In this document: positions 46,224 through 56,051 of the stretch, piece by piece
Numbering within the stretch: position 1 is the first letter of the stretch
Layout of the letters: the number at the start of each line of letters is the position of its first letter
Source of the DNA: Methanobacteriota archaeon
GTDB lineage: Archaea > Thermoplasmatota > Poseidoniia > Poseidoniales > Thalassarchaeaceae
Length of the DNA stretch: 64,000 nucleotides
NCBI GenBank assembly: GCA_002708695.1
Contig: PAOZ01000011.1
Coordinates: 145 to 64,144, forward strand
Direction of reading: 5' to 3'
The notes under the pieces: generated by a model
The model's input: only the letters and a program-made list of their open reading frames with translations
The model's database searches: none
Told to the model about the DNA's origin: nothing
Position numbers and translations under genes: made by a program

Positions 46224-46490
46224 ATGAGTGAGAAGAAATACTTCGTACTAATGGAGAACGGGAAGGACACCAGCACGGTGTACCACAACAAGCAGCCCCG
46301 CCAAGCAGCCCTAAAGGCAGCTAACAAGGGACACACGAGCATTAAGTTGCGCGAACGCGGAACTGACAAAGTGCATGTGTTCACTGGCGAGAGAAAACAG
46401 GTGCCAAAGCCTGATAGCGCCCCAGCATGGCTGAAGGGCGACATGGTTTGGAAGGCTAATGTCAGCAAAGTTGGCATTGAACGCCTTTGA
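46224..46490 (+). CDS. Archaeal chromatin protein MC1
   Basis: 88 aa. KQPRQAALKAANKGHTSIKLRERGTDKVHVFTG closely matches the MC1 signature (GKQPRQAALKAANRG...IRLRERGTKKVHVF) as I recall it from Methanosarcina. GAGGTGA lies 7 nt upstream. Visibly GC-richer codon usage than the neighbours. Confidence 0.9.
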   Translation: MSEKKYFVLMENGKDTSTVYHNKQPRQAALKAANKGHTSIKLRERGTDKVHVFTGERKQVPKPDSAPAWLKGDMVWKANVSKVGIERL

Positions 46491-46663
46491 ATAGGTTTCT
46501 AACCTTCTCCCAAAGCCCAAAGGGCACAAACATCCTCGCTTCGGTCGTCGGAAACCCCTCGATCCCGAGCGAAAACCCACCCCTTTCCATTTTTGCGTAT
46601 TTTGGAAAATTTATTCAAGGCATGAATAAATTGTTATCTTGCGATAAAATGACGAGACGTCCG

Positions 46664-47431
46664 TTACTTCCTAAGTCCAATTTTCTTTGCGAGAATTGCG
46701 ATAGGATCGTAATATTCTGTCACCACTCTTTCCTTCAATGGTATAATCGCATTGTCAGTAATATTGATTCCAGCCGGACAAACCTCTGTGCAGCATTTTG
46801 TAATATTACAATATCCTATGCCGAAGTCTTCTTTGATTTCTGGAATCCTATTTTCAGTGTCTAAGGGATGCATTTCAAGATTAGCGAGTCTGACGAAGAA
46901 TCTAGGTCCACCAAACTCCTCGAATTTTTGATGCTCCCTAAGTACATGGCATGTATTTACACATAGCATGCATTCAATACACGATCTAAATTCTTGAATT
47001 CGATTTGCTTCATGTTGATGGAAGACCCAATCAGGGTCATCTGGTCCATTGATTGGTTTAATCCGTTTATCAGTTTTGTAAGCCCACGATGTGTCAGTGA
47101 CTAGATCTCTAACTAAAGGAAATGTTTGCATTGGTTTAACCAGTATCGGCGTATTCTCGTCATCCATTTCTTCAAAGACATCTTCCATTCTTGTCATACA
47201 CATTAACTGTGGTTTTCCATTTATTTCAGCACTACAAGATCCACATTTGCCTGCTTTGCAATTCCATCTACAAGCTAGATCAGGTGCATCTTCTGCTTGA
47301 ATTCGATGTACTACGTCTAGAACTACCATCCCTTCATCCATGGGAACGGTGTAATCTACAAGTTCTCCAGATGGATTTCCATCACTATCTGGCAGTCCTC
47401 GAAAGACCCTGAATGTCACTTCACTACTCAT
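46664..47431 (-). CDS. sdhB: Succinate dehydrogenase/fumarate reductase iron-sulfur subunit
   Basis: 2Fe-2S motif CRWNCKAGKCGSCSAEINGKPQLMC and the cluster motifs CIECMLCVNTC and CTEVCP. The ATG at 47431 abuts the sdhA stop at 47433; the track ORF extends to 47461. Confidence 0.9.
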   Translation of the reverse strand: MSSEVTFRVFRGLPDSDGNPSGELVDYTVPMDEGMVVLDVVHRIQAEDAPDLACRWNCKAGKCGSCSAEINGKPQLMCMTRMEDVFEEMDDENTPILVKPMQTFPLVRDLVTDTSWAYKTDKRIKPINGPDDPDWVFHQHEANRIQEFRSCIECMLCVNTCHVLREHQKFEEFGGPRFFVRLANLEMHPLDTENRIPEIKEDFGIGYCNITKCCTEVCPAGINITDNAIIPLKERVVTEYYDPIAILAKKIGLRK

Positions 47432-47432
47432 C

Positions 47433-49262
47433 TTATTCTTCCTCGTGTAGGTCATCGGCATCTAGTAATTTCTTTAGTTCTTCAGGGATTGATGGGTATG
47501 TTGTATAATCAATTGACATGGAGCCATCTTTACCCTTTACAATTACGCTATTGATTTTACCCCAATATTTGTGGTCGGGAGTTGGAAAATCATCCCTGGT
47601 GTGTCCACCTCTACTTTCTTCTCGTCTTAGGGCAGCCAAAGCACACATACGACTAACATCTATCATAGCTCCAATTTCTAAGGCTTGATGCCAGCCAGGA
47701 TTGTATATTCTTCCACCTTGAGCACTCGTTTTTGCTGCCCTCTCTTCTAACTCATCTAAATCGATTAATGCCTCTTCAAGTAAGTGCTTTGTTCTGATAA
47801 TGCCGACTTTGTGTTGCATCATTTTTCTTAAATCTTCTACAACCTTAGCGGGATTTTCTCCATCACGTCGTTCCAAAGGAGCGAGAGTTTCTGCAATAGC
47901 ATCGTTAATTTCTTCTTTTTCTATGTCTACGAAATCATCAAATTGTTCTGCATAGATGGAGGCCTGTTCTCCTGCAATCTTTCCAAATACAATTAAGTCT
48001 GAAAGTGAGTTTCCTCCTAATCGGTTTGCTCCATGTAAGCCAGTAGCAGCTTCACCGGCAGCAAATAGGCCCTTGATAGTCGATTCTTGTGTATATGAAT
48101 TAACCTTTATTCCACCCATTACATAATGAGCAGTTGGTCCAACTTCCATGGGTTGTTGTGTGATATCTACTGCAGCAAGTTCCATGAATTGGTGATACAT
48201 TCCAGGTAATTTTTTCTTTACTTCTTCAGGGTCTCGCCAAGAGATGTCTAAGTAAGCACCACCATGTTCTGATGATCGCCCAGCATCTCTTTCACTGTTT
48301 ATTGCCTTAGCGACTACATCACGAGTAAGAAGTTCTGGCGGACGTCTTTTGGTTGCTAATTTTCCTGAAATAACTTCATCCACCCAGGCTAGAGCTTCTT
48401 CTTCAGTATCTGCAAATTCATCTCGATACATTTCAGGGACATAGTTGAACATGAATCGATTTCCTTCTGAATTTCGTAACATCCCACCTTCTCCACGCAC
48501 ACCTTCAGTAACTAAAATGCCCTTCACAGAAGGTGGCCAGATCATTCCAGTTGGATGAAATTGAACAAATTCCATGTCTCCTAACTCGGCACCCGCCCAG
48601 TATGCCAATGCATATCCTTCTCCTGTGTATTCCCAAGATCCAGAACACACTTCCCAGCACCGCGTTGCACCTCCAGTAGCAAGAATAATTGCTTTACCTT
48701 TGAACAGATGAAGAGTACCGTCAGATCTGTTGTAAGCCAAACAGCCAGATATTCTTCCATCTGTCTTGAATAACTTACGAACAGTAAATTCCATGAATAC
48801 CTCCATACCGGTATGTATCCCTTTTTGCTGAAGTGTCCTAATCAGTTCAAGACCAGTAGCATCTCCAATGTGTGCTAATCTTGGGTAAGTATGCCCACCG
48901 AAGTTTCTCTGGCTCGTAAGCCCTCTTGGTGTTCTATCGAAGACTGCTCCCCATTGCTCAAGTTCTCTAATTCTATCAGGTGCCTGCTGTGCATGGATTT
49001 GAGCCATTCTCCAATCTCCAAGATATTTTCCTCCTTTCATTGTGTCTCTGAAATGAATTTCCCACGAGTCACGATGGTCTTTGTTAGCGAGAGCCGCCGC
49101 GGCTCCTCCTTCAGCCATGACTGTATGCGCTTTTCCTAGCATTGATTTCGTGATAAGAGCGACACTAACTCCGTTGGCACTAGCTTCAATTGCAGCACGA
49201 AGACCGGCACCTCCTGCACCGATAACAATAACGTCAAACAAATGCTCAGTGTAATTTTCCAT
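47433..49262 (-). CDS. sdhA: Succinate dehydrogenase flavoprotein subunit
   Basis: DVIVIGAGGAGLRAA, SMLGKAHTVMAEGG (FAD-histidyl region), HPTG and GLFAAGEAA...GANRLGGNSL. ATG at 49262 (MENYTEH), just after the upstream stop. Confidence 0.95.
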   Translation of the reverse strand: MENYTEHLFDVIVIGAGGAGLRAAIEASANGVSVALITKSMLGKAHTVMAEGGAAAALANKDHRDSWEIHFRDTMKGGKYLGDWRMAQIHAQQAPDRIRELEQWGAVFDRTPRGLTSQRNFGGHTYPRLAHIGDATGLELIRTLQQKGIHTGMEVFMEFTVRKLFKTDGRISGCLAYNRSDGTLHLFKGKAIILATGGATRCWEVCSGSWEYTGEGYALAYWAGAELGDMEFVQFHPTGMIWPPSVKGILVTEGVRGEGGMLRNSEGNRFMFNYVPEMYRDEFADTEEEALAWVDEVISGKLATKRRPPELLTRDVVAKAINSERDAGRSSEHGGAYLDISWRDPEEVKKKLPGMYHQFMELAAVDITQQPMEVGPTAHYVMGGIKVNSYTQESTIKGLFAAGEAATGLHGANRLGGNSLSDLIVFGKIAGEQASIYAEQFDDFVDIEKEEINDAIAETLAPLERRDGENPAKVVEDLRKMMQHKVGIIRTKHLLEEALIDLDELEERAAKTSAQGGRIYNPGWHQALEIGAMIDVSRMCALAALRREESRGGHTRDDFPTPDHKYWGKINSVIVKGKDGSMSIDYTTYPSIPEELKKLLDADDLHEEE

Positions 49263-49269
49263 ATTCGCC

Positions 49270-50070
49270 TCAAAATACAAAACTGGGGTCAGACAATACC
49301 CCTTCTGCTACACCCCAAACAAATAGGTCCCCGATAAAAACCATGACTAAACTTGTCCAGAACCAAAATCCATGATGGACATTGATTGAGGTGATTTTCC
49401 AGAAGAATTTTCCTTGTAGTCGAGAGAAGCCTCTTCTCCATTTGTTGCTTCCGCCCCCTATTATGTGTCTGAAGGCATGGCATGAACCTACGTACATCGT
49501 CAGTAGAAAGGATTCTGTTGCTAAAATGAGTGTACCTACAGACACACCGTAAGACTTCGTTCCGTCGTCCATTTGAAAGGAAATGGTGTGAAGTATGTCA
49601 TAGTATTTCATCGCCAGAATTATCATTGCCAAGTATAACATGTATCGATGAATGTTATTCAAAATAAAGAGTCCTCTTTCACCTCGGTATCCAATTGTAG
49701 ATTTGACAATCTGAGGCTTCGATACGACACATGCTGCTGGACTGGCAAAAAATGTTCGATAATAGACTCGTCTCATGTAGTAACATGTTCCTCTAAATCC
49801 AAAAGGAATCCATAGAATAAGCATTGCAGAATTCGCCCATCCGGGAACTGACAAACCCCATAGATGAATAATATCCGGAGAGAAAATTGGGCTAGTAACT
49901 CTGTGATTGTCGTAGTGTATTGCGCCATCAAAGAAAATCAGCCGAAGAAAAGTGTAAATCATGGCTGCTGTTAGTGCAGATCCCATCCACAATGGCTGTG
50001 TCCACCATTTGTCAAGGCGGTCTGTTTCACCGAAACCCCTGGAAATGGGTAGTTTGATGACCCCTGACAT
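49270..50070 (-). CDS. Putative succinate dehydrogenase membrane anchor / cytochrome b-like subunit
   Basis: About 266 aa with 5-6 TM segments and conserved-looking His residues (SCHAFRH, NIHRYM, VHHGFW). Call rests mainly on its position directly upstream of sdhA-sdhB on the same strand. Confidence 0.5.
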   Translation of the reverse strand: MSGVIKLPISRGFGETDRLDKWWTQPLWMGSALTAAMIYTFLRLIFFDGAIHYDNHRVTSPIFSPDIIHLWGLSVPGWANSAMLILWIPFGFRGTCYYMRRVYYRTFFASPAACVVSKPQIVKSTIGYRGERGLFILNNIHRYMLYLAMIILAMKYYDILHTISFQMDDGTKSYGVSVGTLILATESFLLTMYVGSCHAFRHIIGGGSNKWRRGFSRLQGKFFWKITSINVHHGFWFWTSLVMVFIGDLFVWGVAEGVLSDPSFVF

Positions 50071-50132
50071 CTTTCTCAACTATCTCTAGACTAGCCTGTG
50101 TTTTATCATATTGCATAGAATCGTAAATGAAT

Positions 50133-51761
50133 TTAGGCTAAAAATCCGTAATCTACCTCGATTTCATTAATTTCAATTTCATCTACATCCATTTGAGCTA
50201 GTTGCAATTTTCCACTAAGTTCATCATTTACTGCATGCCAATAAGAGTATGCTTCGATTACCCAAATACCCGATTCTCTTGTTCCATTTCCACTACCCTT
50301 CACTCCTCCGAAAGGAAGGTGTGCTTCTGCTCCAGTAGTTGAGTTATTGATTCCAGTCATTCCCGCCTTTATTCCAGTTTTATATCGGTATGCTTCTAAC
50401 CGATCATTGGTATATATGGCTGAAGAAAGCCCATACGGAGAGGCATTAGCAAGATGTAGCCCATGTTCAAAGTCTCGAGCCTTTACAATTGTAACAGCAG
50501 GCCCGAAAATCTCTTCATGAAAACATTCCATATCTTCGGTGACATCAACAAAAACATGGGGCCACATGAAAACACCTTCACTAGCATCACCTAGGAAATT
50601 TTCTGGTTGATTGTCTTTGGTTATCCGACCATTGCCCCAAATTTTAGTTGCTCCACTTGCTTCACACATCTCTATTCCTTTGAGGAAGTCGGTTGCATAT
50701 TTTTCAGAAAGCATGGAACCGTAAAGAACTCCATCATAATGCATTGAATTACCTATAGTGGTTGACTTTACCTTTGCCATAAAGAGTTCAAGGAATTCAT
50801 CGTAAATATCTTCATGAATTATTAGGTTGCCAAGACTAGTGCACCTTTGTCCAGCAGTTCCAAAACCTGCCCAATAGGCGCCCTCAACAGCATTTTCTAA
50901 GTTTGCAGATGGCATGATAACTAGTGGATTTTTACCTCCCAATTCTAGGCTTGCCGATACAAGGTTACGTCCACATACTTCACCTATCATTTTTCCAACA
51001 GCCGTACTTCCTGTAAAGGAAATCTTGTCTACCATGCCTAAATCTACGGCATCTACAAGATGTTGGCCAGCTCCACTTCCTTTTCCATGAATAAGATTGA
51101 TTACTCCGTTTGGAAGCCCTGCTTCATGCATTAGTCTAGCTAGAGCAAATGACAACAAAGGAGAATCTTGAGGGGACTTCCAAACACAGGTATTTCCACA
51201 CATTATTGCTGGAATCATTTTCCAAAAAGGAACTGCTGAAGGGAAATTACATGCATTGATAATTCCACAAACTCCTAGTGGTCTTCTATAGGTGAATAGT
51301 TCCTTATCCGGTAATTCAGAATTTACCGTTTGTCCGTATAGCCTACGCCCTTCTGATTGGAAGAACAGACATGTGTCAATTGCTTCTTGCACTTCTCCTC
51401 CACATTCTTTCAGAGTTTTTCCTATTTCTCTAGCTTGTAATCGAACCAATTCTTCTTTGTGATCCATTAGCAATCTGCCCATATTTCCAATGATTTGCCC
51501 CCGAGTTGGAGCAGGAGTAGACGCCCATTTAGGAAATGCCTCTTTCGCTGCGTTAAGAGCTGCATGAACATCCTCTTTTGTTGAGAGTGGAAATTCCCCG
51601 ATTTCATCAGCAAGAATTGCAGGATTAGTTGAAATGAATGTGCTTCCGTCTGTCGCTAAACTTAGATTTCCATTAATGATATTGTATCCTTTAATCTTGG
51701 GAGATCCATTAGGATTGTTTGATTCCATTACTTCAAATCCAGTTGAGAGTACATGTGCCAT
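50133..51761 (-). CDS. NAD(P)-dependent aldehyde dehydrogenase
   Basis: 542 aa. Catalytic-site motifs LELGGKNP and FGTAGQRCTS (the latter resembles the ALDH7/antiquitin-type GTAGQRCT), plus EEIFGPAVT. Confidence 0.9.
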   Translation of the reverse strand: MAHVLSTGFEVMESNNPNGSPKIKGYNIINGNLSLATDGSTFISTNPAILADEIGEFPLSTKEDVHAALNAAKEAFPKWASTPAPTRGQIIGNMGRLLMDHKEELVRLQAREIGKTLKECGGEVQEAIDTCLFFQSEGRRLYGQTVNSELPDKELFTYRRPLGVCGIINACNFPSAVPFWKMIPAIMCGNTCVWKSPQDSPLLSFALARLMHEAGLPNGVINLIHGKGSGAGQHLVDAVDLGMVDKISFTGSTAVGKMIGEVCGRNLVSASLELGGKNPLVIMPSANLENAVEGAYWAGFGTAGQRCTSLGNLIIHEDIYDEFLELFMAKVKSTTIGNSMHYDGVLYGSMLSEKYATDFLKGIEMCEASGATKIWGNGRITKDNQPENFLGDASEGVFMWPHVFVDVTEDMECFHEEIFGPAVTIVKARDFEHGLHLANASPYGLSSAIYTNDRLEAYRYKTGIKAGMTGINNSTTGAEAHLPFGGVKGSGNGTRESGIWVIEAYSYWHAVNDELSGKLQLAQMDVDEIEINEIEVDYGFLA

Positions 51762-51803
51762 GACCTGTGGCAGTCGGGATTAATCCTTGAATGTGGCGAA
51801 TCA

Positions 51804-51861
51804 CCAATTGGGTATTCTAAGTCCTTTAATAACCCCTAAAACTACAGAGATTCAATTGGGG
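51804..51861. promoter_or_regulatory. Two GC-flanked variants of the CAATTG dyad in the divergent ALDH/cdc48 spacer
   Basis: CCAATTGG at 51804-51811 and TTCAATTGGGG at 51851-51861. The second ends about 8 nt before the cdc48 ATG. Confidence 0.35.
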
Positions 51862-51868
51862 TGGCAAG

Positions 51869-54091
51869 ATGGCGGACGATGGAGAATCAGTTACTTTACG
51901 TGTTGCGAAAGCAATACCTAGCGATGTAGGTCATGGGCGCGCGCGCGTACCATTCAATAATGACTTAGATCTTAAGCCTGGAGATATTATCGAAATTTCA
52001 GGAGAGAACAAGACTGCTGCCGTTGTTTGGAGATGTAGACCAGATGATGCAAGCCTAGGCGTCATTCGTGTAGATGGTATTATTCGAAAGAATGCAGGTG
52101 TAAGTCTCGGAGATCGCGTTGAAATTAGAAAGGTAGAAGTCAAAAAATGTGAAAGGTTAGTATTATCTCCAGTAATGGCTAAGCAACAAAAAGTAAGATT
52201 TGGCCCAGGAATTGAAGGATTTGCTCGCAGAGGTCTCAATAAGAGGCCTGTAGTTGCAGGGGATAGAATATTTATTCCAGGGATGACATTGTTTGCTGAG
52301 GCTTTACCTTTTGCTATAGTTCAAACTAAACCGAAGGGAATTGTCCAAGTTGCCCCTGAAACTGAAATTGTAATCAAAGAAGAAGTATTTGATGAAGAAG
52401 AAGATTCAGGAACTCAATCTATCGCCTACGAGGATATTGGAGGTTTAGGAAATCAATTGCAGAAAGTTCGAGAAATGATTGAACTCCCTCTCAAACATCC
52501 TATTTTGTTTCGTCGTTTAGGAATTGACCCTCCAAAGGGCGTTTTGCTTCATGGGCCACCAGGTACAGGTAAGACAATGATCGCAAAGGCAGTTGCTTCT
52601 GAAACAAATGCTCATTTCTCATCAATCAATGGCCCAGAAATTATTTCCAAATATTACGGAGAATCTGAAAAAGCCCTACGAGAAATATTTGATGAAGCAA
52701 CACAAAATGCACCAGCAATAATTTTTATCGATGAATTAGATAGTATTGCCCCAAAACGAGAAGATGTAACTGGTGAAGTTGAACGAAGAGTAGTAGCTCA
52801 ACTATTGACACTAATGGATGGAATGCATGGCCGAGATAATGTCATTGTAATTGGTGCAACCAATCGTCGTGATGCGATTGATCAGGCATTAAGAAGGCCT
52901 GGGAGATTTGACAGAGAACTTGAAATTGGAGTTCCAGATAAAGAAGGTCGTCGCGAAATAATAGATATTCACACTAGGGGGATGCCCATTAGTGACGATT
53001 TTGAAATTGAATGGGTTTTAGAAAATTCATACGGATTCGTGGGGGCAGACATCAATGCATTAGTTCGTGAAGCAGCAATGAAAGCTCTACGTAGATATTT
53101 ACCCGAAATAGATCTCGATGAAGAAGAAATTCCTACTGAAGTTCTTGAAAAGATGGAAGTTAAGATGATCGATTTCCGTGAAGCCATTAAGGATATAGAA
53201 CCCAGTGCCCTAAGGGAAATTTATGTAGAAATTCCTGAAGTTGGTTGGGATCAAGTAGGAGGACTTCAAGAAATTAAAGATAGATTGAAAGAGAGTATTG
53301 AATGGCCGTTGACTCAACCCGAACTTTTCTCTCATTTTGGAGTAAAACCACCACGTGGTGTTGTTCTTTTCGGTGCACCAGGTACAGGTAAAACACTTAT
53401 CGCGAAGGCTATTGCGAATGAGGCAAAAGCAAATTTCATTTCAGTTAAAGGTCCTGAAATGATTTCTAAATGGGTTGGTGAATCAGAGAGGGGAATACGT
53501 GAAGTTTTCAAGAAGGCCAAGCAAGCAGCTCCAAGTATTATTTTCCTTGACGAATTTGAGTCAATTGCGGGGGCCAGAGTTGAGAACAGAGGAGAGGGAA
53601 GTGATGTAATGAATCGAGTGGTCAATCAATTACTTTCTTCTATGGATGGGGTTGAAGCCCTTGAAGGAGTTATTGTAATAGCTGCAACAAACAGGCCTGA
53701 AATGATAGACCCAGCCCTACTTCGTTCTGGTAGATTTGAACGTGTACTACACGTCCCACCTCCCGATGAAGCTTCAATTAAAGAAATATTGAAAATTCAT
53801 ACTCAAGACATGCCTCTTGGTAAGTTTGATTTGTCATCTTTTGCTAAAACATTGAACGGCTATACTGGAGCAGATATTGAAGCAGTGTGTAGAGAAGCAG
53901 CCCTAATTGCTATGAGAGCAGGTAGGAAGAGTATTTCTTCGAAACATTTCGATGAAGCGATAAATAGAGTCAGGCCTACTGTAACTCCCGATATGATGCA
54001 ATATTATGAAAAATTACAAGATTTATTGACTAGTGGATTGGACTCAATTCGTCGAAATAACGATGGTCTACGAGGAATCGAATCAGTTTGA
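51869..54091 (+). CDS. cdc48: Cdc48/VCP-type AAA+ ATPase (two AAA domains)
   Basis: 740 aa. N-domain ([18 protein letters not shown]), two Walker A motifs ([18 protein letters not shown]), two Walker B motifs ([16 protein letters not shown]) and SRH regions. Confidence 0.95.
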   Translation: MADDGESVTLRVAKAIPSDVGHGRARVPFNNDLDLKPGDIIEISGENKTAAVVWRCRPDDASLGVIRVDGIIRKNAGVSLGDRVEIRKVEVKKCERLVLSPVMAKQQKVRFGPGIEGFARRGLNKRPVVAGDRIFIPGMTLFAEALPFAIVQTKPKGIVQVAPETEIVIKEEVFDEEEDSGTQSIAYEDIGGLGNQLQKVREMIELPLKHPILFRRLGIDPPKGVLLHGPPGTGKTMIAKAVASETNAHFSSINGPEIISKYYGESEKALREIFDEATQNAPAIIFIDELDSIAPKREDVTGEVERRVVAQLLTLMDGMHGRDNVIVIGATNRRDAIDQALRRPGRFDRELEIGVPDKEGRREIIDIHTRGMPISDDFEIEWVLENSYGFVGADINALVREAAMKALRRYLPEIDLDEEEIPTEVLEKMEVKMIDFREAIKDIEPSALREIYVEIPEVGWDQVGGLQEIKDRLKESIEWPLTQPELFSHFGVKPPRGVVLFGAPGTGKTLIAKAIANEAKANFISVKGPEMISKWVGESERGIREVFKKAKQAAPSIIFLDEFESIAGARVENRGEGSDVMNRVVNQLLSSMDGVEALEGVIVIAATNRPEMIDPALLRSGRFERVLHVPPPDEASIKEILKIHTQDMPLGKFDLSSFAKTLNGYTGADIEAVCREAALIAMRAGRKSISSKHFDEAINRVRPTVTPDMMQYYEKLQDLLTSGLDSIRRNNDGLRGIESV

Positions 54092-54099
54092 GGTGCTAA

Positions 54100-54342
54100 A
54101 TGCCGGCTACATTCACTCGCGAACTTCTTTCTAGAGAAGTTAGAGATAGAAATGGAGACGTACTTGGACATGTATCGAATTTAATTTTTGATACACGCAC
54201 TGGAAATGTAACTTTTGTAATGGTTAGGATTCATTCTGATTTAGATCCTTCTCAGTTACCTTGGCCTTCGGAATCTGGAATTATATCATTACCAATCGAT
54301 GAGGTTCGAGAAATTTCATCTGTAATTCATTTACATCGTTGA
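54100..54342 (+). CDS. Small PRC-barrel domain protein
   Basis: 80 aa. REVRDRNGDVLGHVSNLIFDTRTGNVTFVMV is a typical PRC-barrel pattern. GAGGTG lies 4 nt upstream of the ATG, and the gene starts 9 nt after the cdc48 stop. Confidence 0.7.
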   Translation: MPATFTRELLSREVRDRNGDVLGHVSNLIFDTRTGNVTFVMVRIHSDLDPSQLPWPSESGIISLPIDEVREISSVIHLHR

Positions 54343-54425
54343 ATCATCATTGTACTTGTGCGCATAACCGTCTTAAGGCTTGCATGCTCGTCTGAACATT
54401 GCTCCAGTCTATGGAGGGTGAACAT

Positions 54426-56051
54426 ATGGCGGTACCAACTCTTTCAGGTGTTGGAAATTGGCTTACTTCCCCTTCTGGAAAAAGAATGGTTGCCTTGACT
54501 TTATTTTACCTTACTCTCGGCCTACTTTTCACTACTGTTGCTAGCACGTATATCGAACGTTCAGAAGTTCATCAAAGTGCATATGGGGAAGATTGGAATG
54601 ATTTGAGTTCCTTTAGAGCAGATATCAAAAGTCAAGGAATTACAACGACTAGTATTGTTAGTAGCCCATTGTTGTTAGAAGAAATACAAGCTCCCCGTGA
54701 CACTGTTTTCGTAGTTTCAGGGATTGAAAGAGATACAATTTCACTTCCAAGATTTAGTGCAGATAGTAGTGTAATTCAGTTGGTTGAAGGATTAGGATAT
54801 TCCACTTCTGAAATTGATGCGATAAGTAATTTTGTTGAACGAGGTGGAACCATTGTTGTTTTGGATGATTTTGGATATGCTCAAGGATTAGCCGAAGAGT
54901 TTGGTTTGGGATATAGTGGTCATCAATTGTACGATACTCAGACTTGGGATCCCGATTTGGATTTCAATTATGTTTGGCTAAATATCACAAATGGTTTCAA
55001 TTATACTTCAACGTCAGGATCTAGAACAAACACAAATCCTTGTCTTGCCGATGCAGATACTGACGGGACTCCCGATTTCTTAGAGGGTGTGGGAGTTCCG
55101 TCATCTTCAGATTTAGCTCTGTGTTCTCATCGTTGGGATTCTATTACTCAGACTTACAATATGGATCCAGGTTATGATTTATTATTGAATCAACCTAGTG
55201 CCTTTGACAAGGATAGTGCAGGAGAAAATTCTGATGATAATTTGTATCCTATAGGATTCTCGACCCAAGATGCTTACCTAGATACAAATAATGATGGTAA
55301 ATTGACCGTAGGATTCAGTGGAACGGATGCAGGCTCGGATGAGCAAGGTCCATTTGCAATGTATGTCAAATATTGTCGCTCTAGGAATTGTGATAATGCA
55401 GAGTCAGGTAGAGCCTATTTCGTAACTGATGGCAGTATGTTAGTCAATTCAATTTACGATACTGAAGGAGTAGAAAGTGGAGTTTATGGAGAATTCAATA
55501 AGACTCCTGATTCCAATGATAATCGTCGTTGGGCTTTAGATTTGATTGCCGAAGCCTTGATGTCAAATGACGGGAATGGAACTGTTTCTCCTGATGCTCA
55601 AGTAATTTTTGATGAGAGTAGGCATCAACAACCTAGTTTTATGGGAGACACATACAATTTACTGTATTACATTTTGATTTATTTTACCAATGATTGGATG
55701 GCAATGCTACTTATGTTTCTTGGTTTATTCGTTCTTTTTGAATTTATTATAATCAAAAAGTTAGATCCAGAACCATGGAGACATGTTTTCAGCATTATTT
55801 ACTATGGATACGGAGATTCAAGAAGGTACGAATACTATGGACGAGCCAATAAAATAAAGCAAATTCTATTGACAAGGGTAAGAAATGTTAATTCTTTAAC
55901 AAGAGAAGAATTTGATGCTCTTCCTGCAAGAGATCTTCAAAAGATGGTTAATGACCCAGTATTGGTGAAATTTATTTTTGAAGATCGGCGGTATTCTATG
56001 GAGGAAATTATTGCTGTAATCAAGAGAATTAAGACTTGGGGGCGTCGTTAA
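54426..56051 (+). CDS. Membrane-anchored protein, DUF4350-like (N- and C-terminal TM, large external domain)
   Basis: From the ATG at 54426 (GGAGGGTGA upstream). N-terminal TM; DTVFVVSGIERD...ERGGTIVVLDDFG resembles DUF4350. An Asp-rich calcium-binding-like insert is present (DADTDGTPD, DTNNDGK), and a TM lies near residue 450. Family call is from remembered patterns only. Confidence 0.5.
   Translation: MAVPTLSGVGNWLTSPSGKRMVALTLFYLTLGLLFTTVASTYIERSEVHQSAYGEDWNDLSSFRADIKSQGITTTSIVSSPLLLEEIQAPRDTVFVVSGIERDTISLPRFSADSSVIQLVEGLGYSTSEIDAISNFVERGGTIVVLDDFGYAQGLAEEFGLGYSGHQLYDTQTWDPDLDFNYVWLNITNGFNYTSTSGSRTNTNPCLADADTDGTPDFLEGVGVPSSSDLALCSHRWDSITQTYNMDPGYDLLLNQPSAFDKDSAGENSDDNLYPIGFSTQDAYLDTNNDGKLTVGFSGTDAGSDEQGPFAMYVKYCRSRNCDNAESGRAYFVTDGSMLVNSIYDTEGVESGVYGEFNKTPDSNDNRRWALDLIAEALMSNDGNGTVSPDAQVIFDESRHQQPSFMGDTYNLLYYILIYFTNDWMAMLLMFLGLFVLFEFIIIKKLDPEPWRHVFSIIYYGYGDSRRYEYYGRANKIKQILLTRVRNVNSLTREEFDALPARDLQKMVNDPVLVKFIFEDRRYSMEEIIAVIKRIKTWGRR

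Noticed and set aside
51937-51947. An alternating GCGCGCGCGCG tract (Z-DNA-prone) in an AT-rich genome.
   Set aside because: It lies inside cdc48 and encodes the conserved G-R-A-R-V of the N-domain. A single short occurrence gives no basis for a functional claim.
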